Origin: Acidobacteriota bacterium
GTDB taxonomy: Bacteria > Acidobacteriota > UBA890 > WLXD01
DNA: 64,000 bases
Direction of reading: 5' to 3'
Assembly (NCBI GenBank): GCA_965205505.1
Contig: CBDBHB010000009.1
Location: 3,072,001-3,136,000 of the forward strand
The notes under the pieces are model-generated. The model did not search any database and was not told the origin of the DNA. It was given only the letters and a program-made list of their open reading frames with translations. The translations under genes were made by a program, and so were the position numbers. How positions within the stretch are numbered: the first letter of the stretch is position 1; each line of letters starts with the position of its first letter. Shown here one piece after another: positions 30,258-40,306 of this stretch.

Positions 30258-31052
30258 ATCTTCGTCAACCTGTCGAAGTCCGACACGCCGCCGGATTTCG
30301 ATTCGGCAGTCAGCTCGCTCACGGCTCTGGCTCCCGAATACCACTTGAAAGACCTAAAGGTCGCGGCCCGCGAGTACTACCCGATCAACGCTAACTGGAA
30401 GCTGGCGTTGGAGAACTTCAAGGAGTGCTACCACTGCGGCCCGGCTCACCGGCCGCTGGTCACGACGCACAACTGGGATCACGACCTCAGCGATCAGCAG
30501 AAGACTGAGAAGGCCGCGGCGGTTGCCGCGTGGGTCCCGGAGGAGAGCCGCCGGCGACGTGAAAACGAAGATGCAGGCATGGCCGGCGAGGGCATGGACG
30601 GCACGCCCGGCTACGACCGCTTGACCGGGCTGCTCAACCCGGGCTTTGTCACCGGGACGATCGACGGCACCCAGGCGGCACCGTGGCTGCCTGGGAGGAA
30701 GGGAGACGACCACCGGACGGTGATCGCCACCACCGCAGAGTCGACCGGGTACTGGCAGTTCTACGACGATCACGTCATGGTGGTGCGGTTCACCCCGCGC
30801 ACGGAAAAGTTCACCGATGCCGAGATCGTCTGGCTGGTGCACCCCGACGCAGTCGAGGGTCGCGACTACGATCCCGAAAAGGTCAAGGGCCTTTGGCACG
30901 TCACGATCCAGGAGGACATCTGGATCACCGACAACAACCACGCTGGGGTCGAGTCGAGCGCGTACAGTGGCGGTCGCTACGGCACCCTCGAAGGCGGCCC
31001 GTCGAGCTTCGTCAACTGGTATATGAAGGAGATCGTCCAGGCCGGCGATTGA
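29541..31052 (+). CDS. Rieske oxygenase alpha subunit with Tat-type leader, paralog B
   Basis: SRRTFAK; same Rieske and mononuclear-iron motifs; colinear with paralog A. Confidence 0.9.
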   Translation: MSKKDDHDENGGPRVSRRTFAKGSVAAGTAAVALPKSLFGATPATAAATTATYGRASRVEARNENIGYGGRGAAPLTAPVAKRASVNGWKEGLTIPAEYYIEPKHFEADEAFVGENFWQYTDQESRISNPGDFYVFEFGRSESILIVRGKDTEVRGFYNVCRHRGSRLCRHDADAKPSDPRLSVKQLGQSGSSPVFRCPYHAWTYDTEGSLIYAYGMQEDFDPADNGLLPCHTRVAEGQIFVNLSKSDTPPDFDSAVSSLTALAPEYHLKDLKVAAREYYPINANWKLALENFKECYHCGPAHRPLVTTHNWDHDLSDQQKTEKAAAVAAWVPEESRRRRENEDAGMAGEGMDGTPGYDRLTGLLNPGFVTGTIDGTQAAPWLPGRKGDDHRTVIATTAESTGYWQFYDDHVMVVRFTPRTEKFTDAEIVWLVHPDAVEGRDYDPEKVKGLWHVTIQEDIWITDNNHAGVESSAYSGGRYGTLEGGPSSFVNWYMKEIVQAGD

Positions 31053-31076
31053 TCTTCCGACAAGCCGCTATGAACG

Positions 31077-31112
31077 CGCGGGAACCGATCTGCCGGTCGG
31101 TTCCCGCGTTTT
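31077..31112 (+). terminator. Rho-independent terminator
   Basis: CGCGGGAACCGATC-tgcc-GGTCGGTTCCCGCG 14-bp stem (one G-U) followed by TTTT, 25 bp after the stop. Confidence 0.75.
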
Positions 31113-31183
31113 GCTAATAGCTACGTGAAGGCGTCATGCAGCGCGCGGCGACCTAGTCGCACCTCGGACGGCGGAGCGAGCTG

Positions 31184-31672
31184 ATGTCGAAGAAAACTCC
31201 GGACGGGATCAACGGACCGAAAGTAAGCCGGCGGACGTTCGCCAAGTCGTCCGTCGCTGTCGTCACGGCAGCCGTGACTCTGCCCGATTCCCTGTTTGGT
31301 GCGCCGCCTCGTGCACCCGCAGCGACAACGCCGACACACCGGACAGTTCCGCGGGCGGAGTTGCCCGGGGAAGCGCCGGGCTACGGCGGCAGGGGTGCGC
31401 CGCGCGTGCCCATTACGGTCTCCGAGAGCAGCGGCGCCAACGGCTGGAAAGAGGGCGTCCATCCGGATGCCGTCGACGGTCGCGACTACGATCCCGACAA
31501 CGTCAAGGCGCTCTGGCACGTCACGACGACGGAAGATATCTGGCTTACCGATAACCACCACCTCGGCATCCAGTCAGGCGGCTATAGCTCCGGTCGCTAC
31601 GCCACCCACGAGGGCAGCCCGGCCCGATTCGTCAAGTGGTACATGGAACAGTTCGTCGACGCCGGCGATTGA
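31184..31672 (+). pseudogene. Internally deleted Rieske oxygenase paralog C (in-frame, 162 aa)
   Basis: Leader SRRTFAK...NGWKEG joined directly to VHPDAVDGRDYDP...EDIW...; about 340 aa including the Rieske motif and iron-binding His residues are missing; junction 31456/31457. Confidence 0.85.
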
Positions 31673-31777
31673 ACTTCGAGCTCCGTTGTGGGCTCGCGAA
31701 CGCCACCATCTGGAACCGTCCGGAGATCTCTGGCACCCTTGTCGGCGATCTCGCACCGACCGGACCCGAGGGACACG

Positions 31778-33769
31778 ATGACGAAGAACGATCGACAGCT
31801 CGGAATGGACCGCGACATCACGCGGCGTGACTTCCTGGGTGGCACCAGCGTTGCCATCGGTGGCTCGCTGCTCGCCGCCGGAACCGTTAGCGCATCACCG
31901 GCCGTGCCTGGAACGTCAATAGAGCAGACAGCGGTGTCCTACCCGGCGACCTGGAAGGTCGGCGACTACTACCCACCCAGGCTCACGGGCATGCGCGGCA
32001 GCCACCCCGGCTCCTTCGAGGCGGCGCATGCGGTGCGTGACGGCAAGCGCTACGACAACGTCACCGACGTCGACGAGACCTATGACCTGATCGTCGCCGG
32101 CGGTGGGCTCAGCGGGCTGGCGGCCGCGTACTTCTTCAAGAAGGCGCTTCCGGAGTCGAAGATTCTGATTCTCGACAACCACGACGACTTCGGTGGCCAC
32201 GCCAAGCGCAACGAGTTCGAGGTTGATGGCCGTACCGTTGTCACCTACGGCGGCACGGTGTATCTCACCGGGGCCTATACGCACGAGGGCGAAACACTCC
32301 TGCGCGACATCGGTCTCGACTGGGATCGTTTCAACAACAACACCGCCTCCAGCCGTGATCTATACGAGGGCATGGGCCTTCAACGCGGCGTGTTTTTCGA
32401 TCGGGAGACCTTTGGCGAGGACCACCTCGCTATCGGCGAACCCCGATCCGGGGCCAGCGCTGCGGACTGGGAGCAGTTCCTCGCCAGTTCGCCGCTGTCG
32501 ACGGCGGCGAAGCGCGACATCACGCGCCTATATACCGAGAATGCTGATTACCTGCCTGACCTCGGTCGGGAGCAAAAGATTGAGAAACTGCGCCGCATGA
32601 GCTATCAGGACTACATCCTCAACGTCGTCGGCGTGACGGTGGATGTGGTCCCCTATCTCCTGAAGCGGACCCTCGGCGGTCCCAACGGCGCTGCCGGCAT
32701 TGATTCGCTCAACGCGTATGCGGCGTTCCGGCACAACTCGCTCCCCGGGTTAAGCGGCCTTGGACTCGGGGATCGTCCGGATCGCAGCTGGCTCGGCGAC
32801 ACCCACAACCCCCTCGAGGGTATCCACTTCCCCGACGGCAACGCCGGACTCGCACGCCTGATGGTGCGGTGGCTGAACGCCGACGCGCTGCCGGGTAACA
32901 CGATGGAGGACTCGGTCACCACGCCGGTGCGCTACGAGACGCTGGACCGGCCCGACAACGACGTCCGCATCAGGCTCAACAGCACCGTGATCGACGTCAC
33001 CCACATGGGCGAGCGGCGCACCGCAAACGAGGTAGCGCTCACCTACGTGAGCGGTGACAAAGCGTACCGGGTACACGGTAGCACCTGCGTGCTGGCCTGC
33101 TACAACGCTGTCATTCCCCACCTGGTGCGGGATCTTCCGCAGGATCAGAAGGAGGCGCTCCACATGGCGGTGCGCACCGCCCGGGTATACACCAACGTGC
33201 TAATCCGCAACTGGCGGGCGTTCCACGAGCTCGGCCTCAACGGCATCCACTGTCCAGGTGGATTCCATCAGAGCATGACCCTCGACTGGTCGACGAAGAT
33301 CGGCGACTATGGCTTTCCCGAGTCACCCGACGAACCCATCGTGGTGCGCATGAACCGCGATCCGATCATGCCGGGCCTCAATGCTCGCGACCAGTTCCGC
33401 GCCGGACGCGAAGACATCCTCGCGACCTCGTTCGAGGACTTCGAGCGCAATATCCGCGATCAGCTCGACCGCGCCCTCGGGGCGAGCGGCTTCGACGCCG
33501 CCGACGACATCCTGGCGATCATCGTCAACCGCTGGCCGCACGGCTACGCCGGTGCCGCCAACGACCTCTACGATCCCGACTGGGGCTACGACGAGCCACC
33601 GTGGGTGCAAGGACGCAAGCGCTTCGGCCGCATCACGATCGCCAACTCCGACGCCGCCGCCATATGCCTGACCCAGGCGGCGTTCGACCAGGCGCATCGG
33701 GCGGTGAACGAGCTGCTCACCGACGTGCTGCGCCCGGAGTTTCAGTACCCGTGGGCGGAGCGGACCTGA
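31778..33769 (+). CDS. SpdH-like FAD oxidoreductase paralog 3
   Basis: MTKNDRQLGMDRDITRRDFLGG; same motifs as paralog 1; ends EFQYPWAERT. Confidence 0.88.
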   Translation: MTKNDRQLGMDRDITRRDFLGGTSVAIGGSLLAAGTVSASPAVPGTSIEQTAVSYPATWKVGDYYPPRLTGMRGSHPGSFEAAHAVRDGKRYDNVTDVDETYDLIVAGGGLSGLAAAYFFKKALPESKILILDNHDDFGGHAKRNEFEVDGRTVVTYGGTVYLTGAYTHEGETLLRDIGLDWDRFNNNTASSRDLYEGMGLQRGVFFDRETFGEDHLAIGEPRSGASAADWEQFLASSPLSTAAKRDITRLYTENADYLPDLGREQKIEKLRRMSYQDYILNVVGVTVDVVPYLLKRTLGGPNGAAGIDSLNAYAAFRHNSLPGLSGLGLGDRPDRSWLGDTHNPLEGIHFPDGNAGLARLMVRWLNADALPGNTMEDSVTTPVRYETLDRPDNDVRIRLNSTVIDVTHMGERRTANEVALTYVSGDKAYRVHGSTCVLACYNAVIPHLVRDLPQDQKEALHMAVRTARVYTNVLIRNWRAFHELGLNGIHCPGGFHQSMTLDWSTKIGDYGFPESPDEPIVVRMNRDPIMPGLNARDQFRAGREDILATSFEDFERNIRDQLDRALGASGFDAADDILAIIVNRWPHGYAGAANDLYDPDWGYDEPPWVQGRKRFGRITIANSDAAAICLTQAAFDQAHRAVNELLTDVLRPEFQYPWAERT

Positions 33770-33928
33770 TCGCATCACGGAGGGCGGAGGGACTCGGCAT
33801 GCTCCCTTCGGCCAGCGGTCACCGCTTGGGGGTCGAACGGCTCCTCTGCTCACGCATCATGGCTTCAGGGTGATGAGCGCCGTGCACGCGAGGCTGCTCG
33901 AAGGGAGCATGCCGACTGGAGGTACACC

Positions 33929-35944
33929 GTGAACACGACTGACCGCCAGCTCGGCATGGATCGTGACATCACGCGGCGCGATTTCCTCAACGGCACCAGC
34001 ATCGCGATCGGTGGCTCGCTGCTCGGCGCCGGAACTGCCGGCGCATCACCAGCCGTACCCGGAACCACGGCAAAGCAAGCGGGGCTGCCCTACCCCAAGA
34101 CCTGGGAAGTGGGTGACAACTACCCACCCAGGCTCTTGGGCATGCGCGGCAGCCACCCGGGCTCCTTCGAGGCGGCGCATGCCGTGCGTGACGGCAAGCG
34201 CTACGACGACGTTACCGACCTCGACGAGACCTATGACCTGATCGTCGTTGGAGGCGGCCTCAGCGGGCTGGCGGCCGCCTACTACTTCAAGAAGGCGCTT
34301 CCGGAGTCGAAAATTCTGATTCTCGACAACCACGACGACTTCGGCGGCCACGCCAAGCGCAACGAGTTCGAGGTCGACGGCCACACGGTGGTGACCTACG
34401 GCGGCTCCGTGTACATGACCGGTGCCTATACGCCCGAGGGTCTGACGATGCTCCAGGACATCGGCCTCGACTGGGACCGATTCAACAGCACCACTTCCAC
34501 TAGCTACGACCTGTATGGAGATGGCTACGGAGGAGTGGGCAAGATGGACCTTCAGGCCGGGGTGCTCTTCGATCGCGAGACCTTCGGGGAGGATCACCTT
34601 GCCGTCGGTGAGCCGCAGGGCCGCGCCAGCGCCGCCGATTGGGAGCGCTTCCTCGCCGGGGCACCGCTCTCGCCGCAGGCCAAGCGCGACATCGTTCGTC
34701 TGTACACCGAGAACGCCGACTATATGGCGGGCCTCAGTCGAGAGGAAAAGATCGCGAAGCTGCGCCGCATGAGCTATCAGGACTACATCCTCGACGTCGT
34801 CGGTGCGACGCCGGACGTGGTTCCCTACTTCCTGAAGCAGACGCTGGGGGGCCCGAATGGCGCCGCCGGCATCGATTCGCTCAGCGCCTACGTGGCGTTC
34901 CGGCACAACTCGCTCCCCGGGCTCCGTGGCCTCGGGCTCGGGGATCGTCCGGCTCGCAGCTGGCTCGGCGACACGTACAACCCACTCAATCGTCTCCACT
35001 TCCCCGACGGCAACGCCGGCCTCGCACGCCTGATCGTGCGCTGGCTCAACGCCGCCGACGCGCTGCCCGGCCATACGATGGAGGACTCGGTTACCACACC
35101 GGTGCGCTACGAGAGGCTGGACCGACCCGATGACGACGTCCGCGTCAGGCTCAACAGCACCGTGATCAACGCTACCCACGTGGGCGATCGGCGCACCGCA
35201 AGCGAGGTAGCGGTCACCTACGTGACCGGCGACACGGCGTACCGGGTGCGCGGCAGCACCTGCGTGCTGGCCTGCTACAACGCCGTCATTCCGCACATCG
35301 TGCGGGATCTGCCGCAGGAGCAAAAGGACGCGCTCCACATGGCGGTGCGCACCGCCCGTGTCTACACCAACGTCCTCATCCGCAACTGGCGGTCATTCGT
35401 CAAGCTCGGCATCAACGGCGCCCACTGCCCGGGGAGCTTCCACCAGTTCTTCAGCCTCAGCTGGACCACCCGGATCGGCGACTACGACTTTACCGAGTCG
35501 CCTGATGAACCGATCGTGGTGCGGATGAATCGCGATCCGATTGCGCCGGGCCTGAACGCACGCGACCAGTTCCGCGCCGGCCGCGAGAACATCCTCGCAA
35601 CCTCGTTCGAGGACTACGAGCGCAACATCCGCGATCAGCTCAACCGCGCGCTGGGGGCGGGTGGCTTCGACGCTGCTGACGATATCCTGGCGATCATGGT
35701 CAACCGCTGGCCGCACGGTTACGCCGGTGCCGCCAACGAGCTCTACGATCCCGACTGGGGCTACGACGAGCCACCGTGGCTGCAGGGACGCAAGCGTTTC
35801 GGCCGCATCACGATCGCCAACTCCGACGCTGCCGCCATATGCCTGGCCCAGGCAGCATTCGACCAGGCGCATCGGGCGGTGAGCGAGCTGCTCACCGACG
35901 TGCTGCGCCCGGAGTTCCAGTACCCGTGGGCGGAACGGACCTGA
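33929..35944 (+). CDS. SpdH-like FAD oxidoreductase paralog 4 (closest to paralog 3)
   Basis: GGAGG before GTG; ITRRDFLNG; long near-identical stretches with paralog 3. Confidence 0.88.
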   Translation: MNTTDRQLGMDRDITRRDFLNGTSIAIGGSLLGAGTAGASPAVPGTTAKQAGLPYPKTWEVGDNYPPRLLGMRGSHPGSFEAAHAVRDGKRYDDVTDLDETYDLIVVGGGLSGLAAAYYFKKALPESKILILDNHDDFGGHAKRNEFEVDGHTVVTYGGSVYMTGAYTPEGLTMLQDIGLDWDRFNSTTSTSYDLYGDGYGGVGKMDLQAGVLFDRETFGEDHLAVGEPQGRASAADWERFLAGAPLSPQAKRDIVRLYTENADYMAGLSREEKIAKLRRMSYQDYILDVVGATPDVVPYFLKQTLGGPNGAAGIDSLSAYVAFRHNSLPGLRGLGLGDRPARSWLGDTYNPLNRLHFPDGNAGLARLIVRWLNAADALPGHTMEDSVTTPVRYERLDRPDDDVRVRLNSTVINATHVGDRRTASEVAVTYVTGDTAYRVRGSTCVLACYNAVIPHIVRDLPQEQKDALHMAVRTARVYTNVLIRNWRSFVKLGINGAHCPGSFHQFFSLSWTTRIGDYDFTESPDEPIVVRMNRDPIAPGLNARDQFRAGRENILATSFEDYERNIRDQLNRALGAGGFDAADDILAIMVNRWPHGYAGAANELYDPDWGYDEPPWLQGRKRFGRITIANSDAAAICLAQAAFDQAHRAVSELLTDVLRPEFQYPWAERT

Positions 35945-36038
35945 TCGCGTCCTCGCCAACGCCGACGCGCTGGCACCCACCGAAGATCTCTGTCAGGCTT
36001 CGCGCCGACCGAGGCTACGCTGCTATCGAAGGACTGCC

Positions 36039-38033
36039 ATGAGCGCGAAAGACCGAGAGCTTGGGATGGACCGGGACATCACCCGGCGGGACTTCCTCAA
36101 CGGGGCGAGCATCGCGATCGGCGGGAGCGCCCTCGGTTCTAGCAGAATCGCGGGTACTTCAACGAAAGCGGTGACAGCAAGGCCTTCGGGCGGCGCGCCT
36201 ACGCAGCCCGGCGAGTACTACCCGCCGCGGCTGACTGGGATGCGGGGCAGCCATGAGGGCTCCTACGAGGTGGCGCACGAGATGCGCTACGGGAAGACCT
36301 GGGGCAACGCCGAGGACACCGGCGAGCGCTACGACTTGATTGTCGTCGGGGGCGGGTTGAGCGGTCTGTCGGCGGCGTATTTCTTCCGCAAGGCGTTGCC
36401 GGCGGCGCGGATTCTGATTCTCGACAATCACGATGACTTCGGGGGGCACGCGAAACGCAACGAGTTCGAGGTCGACGGCAAGCTGGTGATCGGCTACGGC
36501 GGCACGATGATGATCCATGGCGCCAACAGCTACCCGCATGAGGCCAAGGCGCTGCTGGAGGACATCGGGATCGACAAGCCGCGGTTCCTGAAAACAACCG
36601 CGCGCGATCGGAGTATCTACCGCGAGATGGGGCTCCAGGCGGGCATCTTCTTCGACAAAGAGACGTTTGGCTCCGACCACCTCGCGGTCGGTGATCCAGC
36701 TGGCTGGGGAGCGGTTCGTAGCACGCTCACATGGACGCAATTCCTTGCCGACACACCGCTTTCCGATGGCGTGAAGCGCGACATAGCGCGTGCCTACGAT
36801 GACAAGACCGACTATCTGGCCGGTTTGACCTCCGAGGAGAAGATCGCGCGACTACGGAGGATTAGCTACCAGGACTACCTGCTGAAGGTCGTCAAAGCGG
36901 ATCCCGGCGTCATGCCGTTCTTCATGCGCCGTGCCGAAGGCGGCTCCAACGGTGCCGCCGGGATCGACTCCTACAGTGCCTGGGGCGCGTTTCGGTCCGG
37001 TTGGCTTCCGGGCTTCGATGGGCTCGGCCTCGAGCGGCCGCCCCAGAGCTGGCTCGGCCCGGGGAACGACTTCGGCGACGACATCCATTTCCCCGACGGC
37101 AACGCCGCTGTGGCGCGACTGATCGTAAGGTGGTTGATTCCACGCGCCCTTCCCGGCACGACGATGGAAGATTCGGTGGCGACGCCAGTCAACTATGCTG
37201 CCATCGACGACAGCGGCAGCCCGGTTCGGATTCGCTTGAACAGCACGGCCGTCCACGTCAGCCACGTCGGCGAGCGGCGCTCCGCAGGCGAGGTTGAAGT
37301 GACCTATGTGCGCGGCGGCAAGGCGCACCGGGCACGCGGCGCCACCTGTGTAATGGCCTGCTACAACGCCATGATCCCGTATCTCTGTCCCGACTTTCCC
37401 GAGGAACAGAAGGCGGCGCTGAAGATGGCCGTACGCCAACCGCTCGTCTACACCAGCGTCATGGTGCGCAACTGGCGAGCGTTCCACGAACTCGGTATCA
37501 ACAGCTTCTACGGCCCGGGTTGCTACCACGGCAGTGCGATGCTGGACATGGGACGAAGTCTTGGGGGCTATACATGTGCGCGCACGCCTGACGACCCACA
37601 GCCCCTTCACCTGCAGCGAATGCCGGCCAACAAGCCCGGCCTTCCGGCTCGGGACCAGTTCCGGGCTGGGCGAGAGGAGCTGCTGGCCACGTCGTTCGAG
37701 TACTTCGAGTACCGCATCCGCGACGAGCTCGGACGGGCCCTGGCGGGCGGCGGCTTCGACCCTGCCGAAGACATCGGGGCGATCACCGTCAACCGCTGGC
37801 CGCACGGTTACGCGGGCGGCGCCAATGACCTTTACGATCCGGACTGGGGCTACGACGAGGTCCCCTGGGTCGTAGGCCGGAAGCGCTTCGGCCGCATCGC
37901 CATCGCCAACTCGGACGCCGCCGCCACCAGCCTGACGCACGCCGCCATGGACCAAGCGCATCGCGCCGTTCAGGAGCTCCTCGGTGACGTGATCAGACCG
38001 GAGTTTCAGTATCCCTGGGCTGAGCGGACCTGA
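36039..38033 (+). CDS. SpdH-like FAD oxidoreductase paralog 5
   Basis: MSAKDRELGMDRDITRRDFLNG; FAD motif; NRWPHGY; ends EFQYPWAERT. Confidence 0.88.
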   Translation: MSAKDRELGMDRDITRRDFLNGASIAIGGSALGSSRIAGTSTKAVTARPSGGAPTQPGEYYPPRLTGMRGSHEGSYEVAHEMRYGKTWGNAEDTGERYDLIVVGGGLSGLSAAYFFRKALPAARILILDNHDDFGGHAKRNEFEVDGKLVIGYGGTMMIHGANSYPHEAKALLEDIGIDKPRFLKTTARDRSIYREMGLQAGIFFDKETFGSDHLAVGDPAGWGAVRSTLTWTQFLADTPLSDGVKRDIARAYDDKTDYLAGLTSEEKIARLRRISYQDYLLKVVKADPGVMPFFMRRAEGGSNGAAGIDSYSAWGAFRSGWLPGFDGLGLERPPQSWLGPGNDFGDDIHFPDGNAAVARLIVRWLIPRALPGTTMEDSVATPVNYAAIDDSGSPVRIRLNSTAVHVSHVGERRSAGEVEVTYVRGGKAHRARGATCVMACYNAMIPYLCPDFPEEQKAALKMAVRQPLVYTSVMVRNWRAFHELGINSFYGPGCYHGSAMLDMGRSLGGYTCARTPDDPQPLHLQRMPANKPGLPARDQFRAGREELLATSFEYFEYRIRDELGRALAGGGFDPAEDIGAITVNRWPHGYAGGANDLYDPDWGYDEVPWVVGRKRFGRIAIANSDAAATSLTHAAMDQAHRAVQELLGDVIRPEFQYPWAERT

Positions 38034-38141
38034 TCGCGTGACCGACTCCCTCCACGGTGACGCGTTGACTACGCCGCACAGCACACGCAGGTGCTCCACC
38101 CTGGCGTAGGTGCGTGCGTGACCGCCAATGCCACCGGCCTG

Positions 38142-40271
38142 CTACCGGCGACCGGCCTCCGCATGCCGTCGGCGCAACTGCTCATAGAGAGAGCGCGTCT
38201 CTTCAACCCGCTCTGCCAAGGCCGGCAGCTGCAGGTCCCACTGCTCGATCAGCAGGTCCCCGGTCTCGAAGGATTCGAGATCCTCCGACGGGTCGATGGG
38301 GGTAGAGAGGAGCTCCTGCAGGTGCTGCAGGCGCTCGTCGATGAGCTGTGGCACAGACTCCGTGTTCCACGTGGGCTGATCGTCGACAACCACGTAGAAA
38401 GGGGCGCTGTGGGCCACGGTCGTGTACCAGCGCTCGGCATTTACCCCGTAGGCGCGGACGGCAAGCCACATGCTCCGGTCCGCGACCAGCGTGGTTTGTA
38501 GGTGCGCACGATCCTCGCCGGATTCCACCGGGACCTCCTCCACCACATCACCGAAGACCACCAGCTCCAACCGTACGAGCGGCTCGATCTCGGGGTTCAT
38601 CTTTGCCGTCGCCACGATACTCAGGGGGGCCCCGGCCGCGACATGAATCTCGGCGCCCATGGGCTGGCCGTTGACCGTGGCGTCGAGAAACGGGCCGTTG
38701 GTGACATACGTACGTCCCTCGCCGAACGCGTCGAACCAGGCGTCAGCGCTGAACGGGCCGTCGAGTTGTACGTACGTTCGCTCCACGCCGGGCAGCGTGG
38801 GGCCGAAGTAGGGGTAGTCGGCGCCAGCGGCCGGCAAGATGCGATATCCGAGGTTGAGGAAGTCGTACCAGAGATCGGTGTACAGACGACCGCCCTGCAG
38901 AACCTCGATGAAGTCGATCAGTCCATATGGAATCTCGAGGGCGAGACCGCGCTCGCCATTGAACAACGACCCCAGGTGCGCGTAACCGGTGATGCCCCCG
39001 TCCGCACGGGTCTGCTCGAACACCTTGTGGTACTCGTAGAACGCTGTCGCATCGGCATGCGTCGGCCGCCCGATGTTCCAGTGCAGCGTGTGGCCGCGCT
39101 GACCGGTTCGCGGGTCTTCCTGACCAGACACGAGCACGGTTCCGTCGCGAGCAAAGCGACCATCGTTCCCCCACGCAGGCTGGGTGAAATAGGTTCCGCC
39201 GATATTGCCCATCTCCACCAAGTTGGCCACATGCAGGTCTTCCGCGGCGATCTGCGACCAGACGTCTAGATCGTCGACGCGATCGCGCTGTAGATGAATG
39301 TGCGAATCGCCCGAAAACCAACCGCGGCTCGGCAGGTCGTCGTAGCGTTGCAGCAAGACGGCGACTTCCGTGGTCTCCCCCGCCCCGACCTCGAAGGTGC
39401 CGTAGTAGGCGTGGTACTCGATGCCGTGGGTTGCCGCGAGCTCGTAGCTGCCTACCGGTAGCCGCGCCTCGTAGGAGCCATCGATATAGAAGGCCTGACG
39501 GTTCTCGGAGGGCCACATGGTGCGGCGGTTCAACCAGTGGCGACGAACCTCGTCGATGAACCTCCAGACCGGAATCGCGTCGTCAGATGGTAGCGGCGCG
39601 CGACCGGTGGCATCAAAGATGCCCACCCTTGCCGGCATCGTGCTGCTCGTGTCAGCATCCTCTACGGTAAGCTGCACGACTCCGAATTCCGTCGCCGCCC
39701 GTGTGGTCCCGCTACGCTCGATCGATACATCACAAAGCGCCACGGTGCCACGGTACACGCCCACCGCGAGATCGGTTTCTTGGGCACCGAGCCCCGCCAG
39801 CCGCGCCCGGTCAAGCGTGACCGTGGTCTCGCGGAACGTGGCACCCGGCTCCACGTCGATGTCCAATCTACCGTGGCCGTCACCGCCGTTGCGGTCCCAG
39901 ATCACCTGAAAAGGAGAGGCAGTGGTGAACTCCGGAGCGTACGTCAAGGTCAGAGTAGCGGCCTCATCGATGTCATAGGCGTAGTCGTCGTCGACGTCGA
40001 AGGAGACCATGTTGCCGACTACACAGTCCCTGCCGTCGATGGTGCGCATCTCGGCATGGGCCACATCCATCTCCATGCCGAGCTCCGGATACCCCAGGCC
40101 GATGACCTTGGTGAAGTGCTCCTTGTTCCAGGGAACCGGCTCGATGTAACGGGCTTCGCGGCGGTCGAGTGCCGCTGCCTCTCTTGCCGGCGCGGGCGCT
40201 CCATTGGTGCATGCGGTTCCCAGGATGGCGACGGTGAGAGCTGCACCCGTAGCTCTGGCGATACGGCGCAT
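38142..40271 (-). CDS. CehA/McbA-family (PHP-like) metallohydrolase, lipoprotein
   Basis: GTAC lipobox; GWFSGDSHIH, SGQE, GH, YAH, WYDFLNLG, GADYP, GRTYVTNGP. Confidence 0.82.
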   Translation of the reverse strand: MRRIARATGAALTVAILGTACTNGAPAPAREAAALDRREARYIEPVPWNKEHFTKVIGLGYPELGMEMDVAHAEMRTIDGRDCVVGNMVSFDVDDDYAYDIDEAATLTLTYAPEFTTASPFQVIWDRNGGDGHGRLDIDVEPGATFRETTVTLDRARLAGLGAQETDLAVGVYRGTVALCDVSIERSGTTRAATEFGVVQLTVEDADTSSTMPARVGIFDATGRAPLPSDDAIPVWRFIDEVRRHWLNRRTMWPSENRQAFYIDGSYEARLPVGSYELAATHGIEYHAYYGTFEVGAGETTEVAVLLQRYDDLPSRGWFSGDSHIHLQRDRVDDLDVWSQIAAEDLHVANLVEMGNIGGTYFTQPAWGNDGRFARDGTVLVSGQEDPRTGQRGHTLHWNIGRPTHADATAFYEYHKVFEQTRADGGITGYAHLGSLFNGERGLALEIPYGLIDFIEVLQGGRLYTDLWYDFLNLGYRILPAAGADYPYFGPTLPGVERTYVQLDGPFSADAWFDAFGEGRTYVTNGPFLDATVNGQPMGAEIHVAAGAPLSIVATAKMNPEIEPLVRLELVVFGDVVEEVPVESGEDRAHLQTTLVADRSMWLAVRAYGVNAERWYTTVAHSAPFYVVVDDQPTWNTESVPQLIDERLQHLQELLSTPIDPSEDLESFETGDLLIEQWDLQLPALAERVEETRSLYEQLRRRHAEAGRR

Positions 40272-40306
40272 CTCCGGTCTCCTGGTTGCGGCGGAGTTGT
40301 TCGAGG

